A DNA stretch of 41,598 nt from a virus: the IMG/VR virus record IMGVR_UViG_3300000948_000002, positions 1 through 41,598 of that record, one strand, 5' to 3'. The notes beneath the pieces are model-generated. The model worked only from the letters and a program-made list of their open reading frames with translations, searched no databases and had not been told where the DNA came from. Made by a program: the position numbers and the translations under genes. The first letter of the stretch is position 1. Each line of letters begins with the position of its first letter. Shown here one piece after another: positions 9,349 to 18,899 of the stretch.

Positions 9349-9353
9349 AACAA

Positions 9354-10625
9354 TTAACTTACTGGTAGTGGCGAAGGTATTCCGTATACAATCGCATTGT
9401 GACCCGGTTTGTTAATTTCAAGTTCACCGAACAAGCAAGTATCAACTATGTATTGATAACCAGTTTGTGCACGAACTTCATAAAATTCATGTCCTTCAGG
9501 ATTTTTTCTTTTCTTGAAAAAACCATTTGATCTGAAGACCATTGATTTCATGTCAAGGTAAGCAACGATATCGTCGTCCCACTCTTGAATACCAACAATT
9601 TTCAAAGTACCGTTTACAGAAGTTACGCAAATTTCGTCCCATCCGTATAGTGAACTTTTCTTACCTTGATCAGACAATTGATAGTGTCCTTGCAAGTTAC
9701 CTTGGTTTTGAAGTCTTTTTAGAACTGCGCCTAAGTTAGCGTAAGACATGATCACACGATCAGCCATACCCTTAGCTTTAGTTCTTACTTCAGTGTATGC
9801 ATCAAAGATTGAATCTAGGATGTTTGTTTGCGTCCAACCTGAACCGTCGATGTTAACAGCTTGTAGGAATGGCGCAGCCAATTTTGATTGACCGTGAACA
9901 GTTGGTGAACCACCGTTCGCAGCACTTAGAAGTACACTTCTGATTGAAGTGAATGACATTACGTCCGCATCGTCAGTGAATGCTTGTGCAAAGTCAGCAA
10001 CAGTGTAAGCAGATACGTCAGCAGCTACACCGTCTCTGGTTGCTGATAAAGTAACTGTACCTGAAGTTCTTGAAGTGTTTACGTCAATTGCGATTACATA
10101 AAAATCAGCAGCCGGAGTCGCTTGACCTTTTAATGTAACTTTTTGGCGTAAGCAGAAACGATCAATACGATCTACTTCTAATGTACCAGCCGCAGTACCA
10201 TCTGTTCTTGCTGTTGCAAAATGAGGGCCTGTGCCTAGTTGGATTGAGACAACCATTTTCATGTATGCCATGAAGTCTTCGATTGTATCTGGAAGAATTT
10301 TTAAGAAAGTCGTCTCAACGATTTTCCCGTCATGCTCCATTAAATCTCTGTGTTGGAAGACCATTGAACCCCAAGCTTCGATATAATCGTCGATGCTTCC
10401 ACGAATGTAGTTGTCTTCAGCAATATCATTAGCGGCTGTTAAGCTACCCATTCTAATACTTGAAGCGCCACTCGCTTTGAAAGGTACGATAAGTTTACCG
10501 CCTTTCCAGTTATTATCCTTCTCGATGTTTGTTAAAATGTAATCTCTTTTTATCAACTCTTCTTCTAAGAGTTTGTTCGGCAAATACTCATTAAGCATTG
10601 CCTGAAAGGTACGTTGTGTTCCCAT
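9354..10625 (-). CDS. Major capsid protein (423 aa)
   Basis: Gene order is portal, scaffold, then this ORF. The size fits an HK97-fold MCP, and a strong terminator lies immediately downstream. Confidence 0.6.
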   Translation of the reverse strand: MGTQRTFQAMLNEYLPNKLLEEELIKRDYILTNIEKDNNWKGGKLIVPFKASGASSIRMGSLTAANDIAEDNYIRGSIDDYIEAWGSMVFQHRDLMEHDGKIVETTFLKILPDTIEDFMAYMKMVVSIQLGTGPHFATARTDGTAAGTLEVDRIDRFCLRQKVTLKGQATPAADFYVIAIDVNTSRTSGTVTLSATRDGVAADVSAYTVADFAQAFTDDADVMSFTSIRSVLLSAANGGSPTVHGQSKLAAPFLQAVNIDGSGWTQTNILDSIFDAYTEVRTKAKGMADRVIMSYANLGAVLKRLQNQGNLQGHYQLSDQGKKSSLYGWDEICVTSVNGTLKIVGIQEWDDDIVAYLDMKSMVFRSNGFFKKRKNPEGHEFYEVRAQTGYQYIVDTCLFGELEINKPGHNAIVYGIPSPLPVS

Positions 10626-10679
10626 TATTAAATCCTTTTAATTTATTACCGCTAACATCCTGTTAACTACCTATCTTAG

Positions 10680-11633
10680 CTAACCACCTGCCAACAATTG
10701 ATCTCTACGTTTTTTCAAGTCAGCAATAGACGAAACCTTTTTCGCTACTGGTGACGTTGAACCTGCACTAATGTGTGGTAAAACCGGCTTTTGGTTCTGT
10801 GGCACTTTTGGCGCCTGAGCGGATGAAGGATTTTGTCCCAACCCACTTGAACCTATTAACTGTATTACCTCGTCTATAGCCTTTTGGGCCGAGACGTCTT
10901 GGTTGTTTGCAGTAAAGTGATAGTGTCCTCTCTTACAAACTTCCTCTCGGAATGCTCCGGGTTTTCCGATTCTGTCGTCAAACGCCTTTGCAATTCCCGC
11001 AACTTTCGGATCTGAAAGGGCGGCATTAAGCTCGGTTGCCTTTTGGGCTACCGCTTGTTGCTGTATTTGTGTTTGCATCATCTGATTTTGTTCAGCTAAT
11101 GCTTGGGCTTGATACTGCATTTGTCTCTGTGCATCTATTTGCGCCCGTTGCTCTTGTGGCATCTCTTGGTATTGAATCTCTTTTGCTACCCAATCAAAAA
11201 TTGCGTCCTTAGAAATTCCCGTTGCCTCAAGAAAACTTCCAATCTCGCCCTTTTGGACGAAACCAGATAACTTACCTAAGCTCTCTTTAATTCTTGTGTA
11301 CTCACCTTGAACGGTGTCCAACTCAGTCTTAAATTCATCTCGCTTGGCTTGAATTGTTTCAATACCAATCGACTTGGCATACAATTCCTTTAATTTGTCT
11401 TCAGTTTCCTTATTAGTTAACAACCCCTTAGCCCAATCGTCCATTTCATGCTCTTTATCTCGAACATTAAATTTGTAATTTGGCTCATAAGGTTTTGGCT
11501 CACCGTCGTCACTTGCCGCAGCTAAATTTGGCTCCGAATCACCTTCAGGTGCCGAATCGTCTACCGGCGGCGTATCCACTGGCGGATTTTCAACCGTGCC
11601 TTCGTTTTCTAATACTTCATTTTCTGTTTCCAT
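10680..11633 (-). CDS. Scaffolding protein (317 aa)
   Basis: It has an acidic N-terminus and long Q/E/K-rich helical stretches (QRQMQYQAQALAEQNQMMQTQIQQQAVAQ). It lies between the portal and capsid genes. Confidence 0.55.
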   Translation of the reverse strand: METENEVLENEGTVENPPVDTPPVDDSAPEGDSEPNLAAASDDGEPKPYEPNYKFNVRDKEHEMDDWAKGLLTNKETEDKLKELYAKSIGIETIQAKRDEFKTELDTVQGEYTRIKESLGKLSGFVQKGEIGSFLEATGISKDAIFDWVAKEIQYQEMPQEQRAQIDAQRQMQYQAQALAEQNQMMQTQIQQQAVAQKATELNAALSDPKVAGIAKAFDDRIGKPGAFREEVCKRGHYHFTANNQDVSAQKAIDEVIQLIGSSGLGQNPSSAQAPKVPQNQKPVLPHISAGSTSPVAKKVSSIADLKKRRDQLLAGG

Positions 11634-11661
11634 ACCCTAAACTCCTTTTTGCCTCGTTATA

Positions 11662-13767
11662 TTATCCAAGTAGTCCCAAAGGCGGCGGCCCTTGTGGTAT
11701 ACCCGGCTGTTGGGGTTGTGGTGGTTGACCCTGCTGATATTGCTGAACCATACTCTCTAAATTAGTATGATTCATTTGGTCGAAAGCCTCTTGACTCGAT
11801 CCTTGAGTCTCCAGTTTCTTGATAAGGTCCATAAGTGCCTCATAAGGAATACGCACTTGTCGAGTCTTACCATTTCCGTCTGGCACCCTCATAGAGCAAG
11901 TTATCATTGCCCCTCCAGTTGGGATAAAAGAACTTTCAGCCTGTTTTCGAATTTCGAGCTTTTTAGTCGCCTCTTGTTCGTGAAGCTGCATTAATTGTAC
12001 AAAACCTTGCTGTATCTGTGGATGCAAATACTTAAAGTCTTGTTTTCTCATGCGGTGAGAAAGTTTTTGGGCAAAGTAAGCGTTGTCATCGTTAGGATGC
12101 GGCTGTACTTGTTCGCCACGCTCAAGGGCTAACATGTCATTTTCAACATTCTCAACTTTCATCGTGAAATCAGAGAATAAATCCTTGTTATTAACAAACG
12201 GCATGTTCGACATTAACTTACCAATGTCTTCACGGTTCAATTGACCGCCTGCATACTGAAGTAAGTGATCAAATGTCATCTGACGACCTAAAAGAGTGTC
12301 AACATTGTCGTTTTCTGGCTCTGCTTTTATCTGTGAGCTTTGCGGATCGGAGTTTCTAAACTCTGCAATGTTTTGAATCTCTTCTTTTCCGATTGCTTCG
12401 ATGATTTGTTCGTCAGAAAGGTAGTGTTTAGCCAAATTTAAGTAAATTTTGACCAAATCGACGATAAATTCTTCAAAACCTTCGATATATACCTTGAATT
12501 TCGCCTTTTTTGAGGCTGTTTGGTACAAAAGCTTGTATGCATCGACGTTAGCGCCGTCCATTTCAAGCATTTCTGATAACATCACTGCCGAGTATAATTC
12601 CCGTACTTGAGACTCGATATACTCGAAAAACTGACCGCCACTACGTCCCGGCAGTATTTGTGGTGCCTGTCCTTGGTGAGAAATACCTCTAATGCCCGGA
12701 AGCAACGCACCCGGAGCTAACTTGGTACCGGCTTGATATAAAACCTTGTCCATTCCAAGAGTAATTTGCTGAGTAGCCGCCATACTCGCCGCTCTGTTTA
12801 TTTCGGCTTGATATGGTCTTGCGACTTTCATGATCGAACGCCCACGAGGCGAAGTACCAAAACGATCAAAGGCTTTTATTACAATCGGGAAAATACCATA
12901 AGGTAATTCACCCTCTTCTAAAATCGCTCCGTCGATAAATATATAAAAATAACCTTGCGGATATTGCTTGCAAGGTCTGTAGTAAACTTCTTTTACTAGG
13001 ATTTGTTGATTTTGAGATGAATAGTTTGATCTATTAGAATCAAATACAATAAACTCTTGTCCGTTAGAATCATTTATAGCATTTAACTTTTCTTGGTCGT
13101 CGGCGTAACGGACTTTTAAATCATCCACCGGAGTCATTTTTCTATAGCCGATAAATGGTGACTTAGCCACGTCTCTTGAGTGAACATCACGCCAAACATT
13201 AAAACCTAAAAGTTCTTCGACCTCTAGTGCACCTGAAAACCTAGGCTTTTCTTCGTCGGCTACCGGCTGGCCTTGCTCGTCGAAAACTGGTTGATCGTTC
13301 TCGTCAAGCATTTGCTCATAACCTAAAAAATCACCCTTATCTGGGTGAAATATAATTTTGCAAGCAACCTCGCCAATGTCTATAAAACTCTTAGCCCACT
13401 TTTTAATATCAGGCTTAATGTTGTTCTTGTTTTTAGACCACTCCCAAACCTGCTTGTTTAACATCGCAGATTTTCTGTCCTGCATACTCTTTTCGTCGTT
13501 AGGAGAAATACCTACATCCGGCGCACCACTCATAATCGCATTAACATAGTAGCGTGATATTTTATGCATGTGATTTTTTGTGAGCTTTAACTTTTGCGTG
13601 TCATTAAGACGATTAACTTGTCTTAATCTAACGAAAGTTTTATTATGCTTTTTTGTGTAGTGATCGCCAGCAACGAGTAGCATGTTAGAACGCATTTCAG
13701 AGTAAATCTCTTTATCAGCCCTCTCGGACTCAACATACATTCTATTTAACTTCTCAATTGTGCTCAT
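11662..13767 (-). CDS. Portal protein (701 aa) with a P/Q-rich C-terminal tail
   Basis: It is a large ORF between terminase and scaffold. The C-terminus reads QQYQQGQPPQPQQPGIPQGPPPLGLLG. Confidence 0.7.
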   Translation of the reverse strand: MSTIEKLNRMYVESERADKEIYSEMRSNMLLVAGDHYTKKHNKTFVRLRQVNRLNDTQKLKLTKNHMHKISRYYVNAIMSGAPDVGISPNDEKSMQDRKSAMLNKQVWEWSKNKNNIKPDIKKWAKSFIDIGEVACKIIFHPDKGDFLGYEQMLDENDQPVFDEQGQPVADEEKPRFSGALEVEELLGFNVWRDVHSRDVAKSPFIGYRKMTPVDDLKVRYADDQEKLNAINDSNGQEFIVFDSNRSNYSSQNQQILVKEVYYRPCKQYPQGYFYIFIDGAILEEGELPYGIFPIVIKAFDRFGTSPRGRSIMKVARPYQAEINRAASMAATQQITLGMDKVLYQAGTKLAPGALLPGIRGISHQGQAPQILPGRSGGQFFEYIESQVRELYSAVMLSEMLEMDGANVDAYKLLYQTASKKAKFKVYIEGFEEFIVDLVKIYLNLAKHYLSDEQIIEAIGKEEIQNIAEFRNSDPQSSQIKAEPENDNVDTLLGRQMTFDHLLQYAGGQLNREDIGKLMSNMPFVNNKDLFSDFTMKVENVENDMLALERGEQVQPHPNDDNAYFAQKLSHRMRKQDFKYLHPQIQQGFVQLMQLHEQEATKKLEIRKQAESSFIPTGGAMITCSMRVPDGNGKTRQVRIPYEALMDLIKKLETQGSSQEAFDQMNHTNLESMVQQYQQGQPPQPQQPGIPQGPPPLGLLG

Positions 13768-14122
13768 TCGCAGTCCCTTGCTCTAAATAACCATCAACCA
13801 TCTCTTGTTCAAATCCAAGAGGGTCGTCAATCATAAGTTGTGCACTCCGCATCTCTTCTCGGTCTTCTTGTGAAATTTCTTCGCCCACTTGTTCATCGTG
13901 AACTATATCGGCTAAATCTACAACGTGATTCTTGGACTCCACGAAAGTTCGCCCAGTATCACCCTTCCCAAAAAATGAAACCTTCAATTCACCAACGGCA
14001 AATTCTCGAACCTTCGCTTTGTCACATGCTTTTAGTATATCGCATATTTGTTTTGACGTTAACTTATTAATTGCCGTACTCCCCATTCCAAAAGTCGATT
14101 TCGCCACCAATACCCCATGCAT
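13754..14122 (-). CDS. Hypothetical protein between terminase and portal
   Basis: The ORF overlaps both neighbours. An alternative ATG at 14086 would shorten the overlap with terL. The C-terminus is acidic. Confidence 0.4.
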   Translation of the reverse strand: MHGVLVAKSTFGMGSTAINKLTSKQICDILKACDKAKVREFAVGELKVSFFGKGDTGRTFVESKNHVVDLADIVHDEQVGEEISQEDREEMRSAQLMIDDPLGFEQEMVDGYLEQGTANEHN

Positions 14123-15626
14123 CGACGTCTTCGTCGTCAGTTACAAACTTACCACGCCGAGCTTGAATCTCTAAAGCTGCGTACTCCGCTGTACTCAAGG
14201 GTTTGAGCTTTTTAACACTCACCTCTTCGCCCTCAGCCTTATAGTCAACATGAGAAAAGTCCCAAGGTATTGACACCAAACAGTAGCGAGCCGCATCGCA
14301 AAAATCGTCTTTAGCCCTGTTCTTCGGCGTAGATAAGTTTAACTTTAGCAGCTCACCGCCAAGCTTGCGTAATTCCGGTGTATCAAATATATGAAGCATG
14401 TCATTCTTAAGCAACGTATTGAATATGTCCTCGCCAATCTTGTGGTTCTTATTCGCCTTTATAAACGATTCACCCTGCCTTGAGGCAATCGTACCAAAAT
14501 CCTTGGCCGCATAATCATACGCCTGAACCACTACATTCCTTGAACCCCTTAGCTCACGGTACTTATCTAATACATCACCTGCCGTCGTCTCAATGTCATC
14601 ACCTCGCCAACCATCAATGACGTAACCTTTTCTCAAGTCAGGTGAGACCGCAACAAATACAATCGCACTCGGATGACCCTTCTTACCACCACTACCCAAA
14701 TCAACAGCAGAGTAAATATTCCAATTCTTAGGTATGTCCTTTTTCACTATGTAGTGACGTGTCGGATCAAACGCATGAAACTTCCTGCCCTCGTCCTTAA
14801 TAAAACGACCATAAACACGACGCAAAATCTCAGCCTTCGACCTACATCTAGCCTCAACCTTTTTTATCTTATCAATCGTCCACGTACTCGCCGAACCATC
14901 ACGATACTGCAAACAATCATACATACTAATCTGTCGCTTCCAAGCACCTACCAACTTTTCCTTCTCAGTGCCAATCGCCTCGACCGCCTGCCACCAAAAC
15001 TCCTGACCCAAAGTCGCCGTAAATACCGTGCGAAAAAAACCATTCGTCGCACCAAGACGAAAAATTACCTCGTCATAAACATGCTCGGGCATCTCTTCGT
15101 CACCAAAAGCCGCAAAAACAGAACTCGCCTGTAGCTTGTCGATATCCTGTGAATAAGTTTTAAACTGAATCACCACACCAGAGTTAAACTCAAGGGAGTC
15201 AATCTGTTTCTTGTCATAGTTCGCCTTCCAACCATAAATCGGATGACGCTTCATATCACCACGTGGCAAAAATTCCTCAATCCACTTCAACTTAAATTCC
15301 GTCGTCGCAACATCCTTTGAAGGATACATGTACCAAAATAAATTCGGCTTACTACCCTGACGTAAAGTCGGCCACAAATCAGCCCACTTCTCAGTATTCG
15401 TCGCCCACTCAATCGCAGTCCTAATCTGAGTAGAACTCTTAGATATCTGATTGGCAGCACACAAAATCGCTACCGTTTCCTTCGAATTGAAAAACTCCCA
15501 CGCCCACTGATACCAAGGCCAACCATATAAATGCGGCAATTCCTCATGCATCTCACGCTTTTGACGTGTCAACTCAAGCTGTTTAGCCCTAAGCTCTAGT
15601 AATTCTTCACTCACCCTTAGCCTCAT
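14067..15626 (-). CDS. terL: Terminase large subunit
   Basis: There is a Walker A-like CAANQISKSST and a Walker B-like VFAAFGDEE. The C-terminal nuclease region contains IYSAVDLGSGG. The N-terminal LYGWPWYQW is typical of TerL. The protein is 519 aa. Confidence 0.8.
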   Translation of the reverse strand: MRLRVSEELLELRAKQLELTRQKREMHEELPHLYGWPWYQWAWEFFNSKETVAILCAANQISKSSTQIRTAIEWATNTEKWADLWPTLRQGSKPNLFWYMYPSKDVATTEFKLKWIEEFLPRGDMKRHPIYGWKANYDKKQIDSLEFNSGVVIQFKTYSQDIDKLQASSVFAAFGDEEMPEHVYDEVIFRLGATNGFFRTVFTATLGQEFWWQAVEAIGTEKEKLVGAWKRQISMYDCLQYRDGSASTWTIDKIKKVEARCRSKAEILRRVYGRFIKDEGRKFHAFDPTRHYIVKKDIPKNWNIYSAVDLGSGGKKGHPSAIVFVAVSPDLRKGYVIDGWRGDDIETTAGDVLDKYRELRGSRNVVVQAYDYAAKDFGTIASRQGESFIKANKNHKIGEDIFNTLLKNDMLHIFDTPELRKLGGELLKLNLSTPKNRAKDDFCDAARYCLVSIPWDFSHVDYKAEGEEVSVKKLKPLSTAEYAALEIQARRGKFVTDDEDVDAWGIGGEIDFWNGEYGN

Positions 15627-16335
15627 CCGACTCTATTTTTGCCTCAATATACTCCGCATCCACTGATGAGCGCTTATCCTTAATCTCAGCTTCAAGTAAC
15701 TTAATCTCAGCTTCTAACTGTTTGATATCTTTTGCAGGGGCATTAGGGGCACTCAAATTTAAATTCACACTCTTTTGAGTCTGATCAATCTTAATATTCT
15801 GCATCGCCGCACCATGAATCCGGTCATCAAGTCTCTTGTGAATATTGTTGACTATCGCCATTAACTTATAATCCGGCACCTTGTTACCATTCTTATCCGT
15901 GGTGATAAGCGGCATGTCCAAAATGTCTCGCATCTTAGACGACGCAGTATGAAACATCTCGTCATTAGCCTTCTTATAATCCGAAACAGGCAAAAGCATA
16001 TAAATCAAACGATTCTTGTCATAGATAAACGTATTGTAAAAATAATCATCCGTGCAAATACCATCAACTATGCGACGCATCACCATTTGACGACCCTTAT
16101 CCTGAGCCGCATAATACTCATTCCAAAAAGACACCCGTAACTGAGTGTCCCTCTGATCAGGCTTCAATTTCACCTTCAATCTACGCTCTGTAATGTTGAA
16201 ATCTTGCAGCTCTAAACGATCTATTTTGTCACGCAGTGCGTTAGACACTAAATTATACACTGAACGCTCGTTATCACGGTTAAAGATACATATACCAGTA
16301 TCCATTTCATGCCTAGTAGCCTGATTTTCTTTCAT
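15607..16335 (-). CDS. Putative terminase small subunit / DNA-packaging protein (242 aa)
   Basis: This is a positional call only. It is the first gene of the late arm, it overlaps terL, and it has a coiled-coil C-terminus (IKQLEAEIKLLEAEIK). Confidence 0.3.
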   Translation of the reverse strand: MKENQATRHEMDTGICIFNRDNERSVYNLVSNALRDKIDRLELQDFNITERRLKVKLKPDQRDTQLRVSFWNEYYAAQDKGRQMVMRRIVDGICTDDYFYNTFIYDKNRLIYMLLPVSDYKKANDEMFHTASSKMRDILDMPLITTDKNGNKVPDYKLMAIVNNIHKRLDDRIHGAAMQNIKIDQTQKSVNLNLSAPNAPAKDIKQLEAEIKLLEAEIKDKRSSVDAEYIEAKIESDEAKGE

Positions 16336-16396
16336 ATTTTTTCCAAGTAGAAAGGTTCAATAATAGCGTATCAATTTTTTAATTTTTTTTAAAACT

Positions 16397-16427
16397 CGGG
16401 CTAGGTGCATACCAGTACTAGTCCCCG
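16397..16427 (-). terminator. Possible hairpin/terminator insulating the late arm from upstream minus-strand transcription
   Basis: On the minus strand the sequence reads CGGGGACTAG-13 nt-CTAGCCCG followed by AGTTTTAAAAAAAA. The stem has a 2-nt bulge and the U-tract is short. Confidence 0.25.
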
Positions 16428-16455
16428 AACGACCCCCAGCCCCCTTTCGGATACA

Positions 16456-16468
16456 GGACACGGGACAC
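16456..16468 (+). repeat. GGACACGGGACAC, a tandem GGACAC heptad pair related to the 19.1-19.3 kb iterons
   Basis: It was read directly. The architecture (GGACAC-N-GGACAC) matches 19224..19236 and 19299..19311. Confidence 0.5.
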
Positions 16469-16886
16469 CCTAAAACCGTGTATTATTAGATACATAGGGA
16501 AGTGGTTCAAATGAAACGGGTGTACAACGCACCTTGGCCCTAGAACAAAGGGTTATGGTTACTAGTCGCATGATTACGTGTACCTATAAAACAAGCAGCA
16601 CACGATGCCAGCATTTTTGGGTCAAGTATCATGAATCATTTCAAGGGTTTAGGAGTCAAGGGATAAAGAGCGCATGATCGGGGCGCAAAAAACAGGAAAA
16701 AAGCAACGGCGCGGCGTGGAGCATTGAACCTGCTAGTGATTTATTAGGCCACCGACACAACACTAATAGTGGCGTTGTTGTGGTATTGGGTCAAAAATTG
16801 AGCCTGTATTTAATTGAGGCAAAATAGAGGTTGATTACACCTGTATTATTAGGTAATTAAAAGAAAAATGATTATTATTTAAGCTT

Positions 16887-16918
16887 TTACCAAAATACAC
16901 CGATATAGGTATTATAAT
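16887..16918 (+). promoter_or_regulatory. Sigma70-like promoter candidate for the rightward early ORFs
   Basis: TTACCA (16887-16892), a 17-nt spacer, then TATTAT (16910-15), which overlaps TATAAT (16913-18). It lies about 95 nt upstream of ATG 17010. Confidence 0.4.
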
Positions 16919-17009
16919 CAAACACACAAGTCATGGACGACTCTTAAGAATGGCATGGAGCTTGCAATATCATTTGTAAGCAAAGCCTTCACCCAAACAG
17001 GAGTCAACA

Positions 17010-17432
17010 ATGGAAAACAGAAGACAAGCAGATTACTCACTACTAAACTCAACTAAAAACTTCGCACCTACTGAAATGCCTGAAAGCTCACACGGCATTG
17101 GCTATGATTTTAAAAAAGAAGACTTAGGCGGTTATCTATATGAATTAGTTAGCGCACCAATGGGGCTTGCAAGACTAATAGCCGCTTATAAAGGCTTAAA
17201 CATCACAACCGGTGGTCAACAAAATTATAAAACTACTTGGGAGACTGCTTTAAAGCTCAACGATTCAAACCTAGTAATTACTTTTTACGATTTTAAAGGT
17301 GCTTTTAGTATCGGAGCCAATCAAGACCCAACTGATAGCGAATGGGTTCAAATAATTGAGCTATTAAAAGCTATTGTAAACAATCAATTCCCACACCCAT
17401 ATGATGATTGTGTAGTCGGTGAAGTGGCTTAA
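17010..17432 (+). CDS. Hypothetical early protein (140 aa)
   Basis: The ORF has an AGGAG SD 6 nt upstream. I recognise no motif. Confidence 0.6.
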   Translation: MENRRQADYSLLNSTKNFAPTEMPESSHGIGYDFKKEDLGGYLYELVSAPMGLARLIAAYKGLNITTGGQQNYKTTWETALKLNDSNLVITFYDFKGAFSIGANQDPTDSEWVQIIELLKAIVNNQFPHPYDDCVVGEVA

Positions 17433-17465
17433 TAACCACTAACAATATAAACGAAAGGCAAAACA

Positions 17466-17717
17466 ATGAATAACTTAAATTATAAAAAAGAAGAAAATTT
17501 AATTACAGAATGTGAGCTAGAACGACTTTGTATGGACTCACTCGACGATTCAATCGGTACAATTAAATTTGGTTCGCTCGAATATTCAGCCGGTCAAGCC
17601 TTGAAAAAAATCGACCCGATTGCATTTCATCAAGAATTGGCTGCTTACATCGACGGTATGATCGACAACCAAATAGTTGAAATTGACGACAAATATTATT
17701 GGATGAACAATAACTAA
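17466..17717 (+). CDS. Hypothetical small acidic early protein (83 aa)
   Basis: The ORF has a GAAAGG SD. It has 16 D/E residues against 7 K/R. Confidence 0.55.
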   Translation: MNNLNYKKEENLITECELERLCMDSLDDSIGTIKFGSLEYSAGQALKKIDPIAFHQELAAYIDGMIDNQIVEIDDKYYWMNNN

Positions 17718-17765
17718 AATTAAACAATTAATAACCAATAACTATAAAATACGAGGCAAAACATT

Positions 17766-17978
17766 ATGAAAAAAAATCAAGCATCCGCACCAGAATCAAT
17801 TTATTTAGAATCAGAGGGTTTTAAAAAAGTAAAAACCGGACTTTGGGAGTGCAACGAATACTTTTTAATAAAAAGCGATCATATGACTTGGCGGTTTAAA
17901 AACAAGGCCACTGGTGTATTAGGCCCTAAAAAACATTATGTAGCTTGCGCAATTGAATATTTTTACGGCGGAAAATAA
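17766..17978 (+). CDS. Hypothetical early protein (70 aa)
   Basis: The ORF has a GAGG SD. Its stop overlaps the next start (TAATG). Confidence 0.5.
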   Translation: MKKNQASAPESIYLESEGFKKVKTGLWECNEYFLIKSDHMTWRFKNKATGVLGPKKHYVACAIEYFYGGK

Positions 17979-18142
17979 TGAAAAAAATAACCAACGAAAA
18001 AGACCTTGACCGTATAAAAGAATTATCAAAACTAATTAAAGAGCGAATGCAAAAAGGGCTAGACGTTGAACTTATACAAAAAAAACTTGATCGCGAATGT
18101 CATAGGATTCTGGACCTATGGAAAAAAAGAAGGGCGAAATGA
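17978..18142 (+). CDS. Hypothetical small basic helical protein (54 aa; below the track cutoff)
   Basis: My translation is MKKITNEKDLDRIKELSKLIKERMQKGLDVELIQKKLDRECHRILDLWKKRRAK. It is coupled by TAATG upstream and ATGA downstream. Confidence 0.45.
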   Translation: MKKITNEKDLDRIKELSKLIKERMQKGLDVELIQKKLDRECHRILDLWKKRRAK

Positions 18143-18273
18143 TGAACAAAATAAAAGAACTAGAATGGAAAATACATAACTACAAAATAGCCGGACTACC
18201 AACGGCGGACTTAGAACGAGAACTAGAATATATGCAAGCTTTTAAAGAACTATACGAAATGAAGGGGTCATAA
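18139..18273 (+). CDS. Hypothetical small protein (44 aa)
   Basis: My translation is MMNKIKELEWKIHNYKIAGLPTADLERELEYMQAFKELYEMKGS. Its ATGA overlaps the previous ORF. Confidence 0.4.
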   Translation: MMNKIKELEWKIHNYKIAGLPTADLERELEYMQAFKELYEMKGS

Positions 18274-18274
18274 T

Positions 18275-18424
18275 ATGTATGAATTTTTTAATAATATCGG
18301 TCAAGGCGCGGTCGACTTAATAACAACCCACGGTTTTACAGCATTGGGGGCGTTCATTGTAGTAATCGCAAGTTTAATAGCTATTAATTTTACAGGTGCT
18401 ATTATTCAGAGCTTTGCAGAGTGA
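18275..18424 (+). CDS. Hypothetical small membrane protein (49 aa)
   Basis: My translation is MYEFFNNIGQGAVDLITTHGFTALGAFIVVIASLIAINFTGAIIQSFAE. It has one clear TM segment and an AAGGGG SD upstream. Confidence 0.45.
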   Translation: MYEFFNNIGQGAVDLITTHGFTALGAFIVVIASLIAINFTGAIIQSFAE

Positions 18425-18867
18425 CCAAGCATTTTACACTGTATAAATATAATTAAACACTCTGGTTGAATCACGGATTGAATCAACCAATGAAAATAGC
18501 CACGGAGGGCACCCAATCACCCTTAGACACAACCAAAACAGCTCAAACCCGGCCAAAAATAGCCAATCTGAGCCGTTAAAACACCGAACTGGTATCAATG
18601 TAGTCTCGAAAAAACCGATCTAACAGTCTCACCAAAAACCCTACCACAAGCTAAGTATCTGATATTAAAGGGTATATACTCTTTTTCAGAGAAGGCTAAT
18701 AAAAAAACGTCATCTCAAATTTTTTGGGGGTATAAAAACCAATTCAAAATAATTAATTTTTTAGGGGGGAGTAGGTATTTTAGGTCTTCAAAAAATGACC
18801 GATGGGAGTATCAGTACATGTTTTCATAGAACTCCTAATGTGTGATTAACTACCATGTACCAAAAAA

Positions 18868-18899
18868 GGGCAGCCACCACGGTTGCCCTTTTCCATTTT
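18868..18899 (+). terminator. Rho-independent terminator (possibly bidirectional)
   Basis: GGGCAGCC-accac-GGTTGCCC (8 bp with one G-T pair) is followed by TTTTCCATTTTC and preceded by AAAAAA. Confidence 0.6.

Noticed and set aside
14673-15134. A 153-aa plus-strand ORF inside the large terminase gene. Similar antisense or shadow ORFs include 1188..1439, 5878..6072, 19993..20382, 25163..25513, 28263..28712, 30966..31283 and 39634..39873.
   Set aside because: All lie fully within well-supported genes on the opposite strand or in another frame. They have biased low-complexity translations and no ribosome-binding context.
16500-16520. A GGTTCAAAT string resembling a tRNA T-loop
   Set aside because: The flanking bases (AGTGG / GAAAC) cannot form a T-stem, and no acceptor or anticodon arms are evident. 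I found no tRNA in the window.
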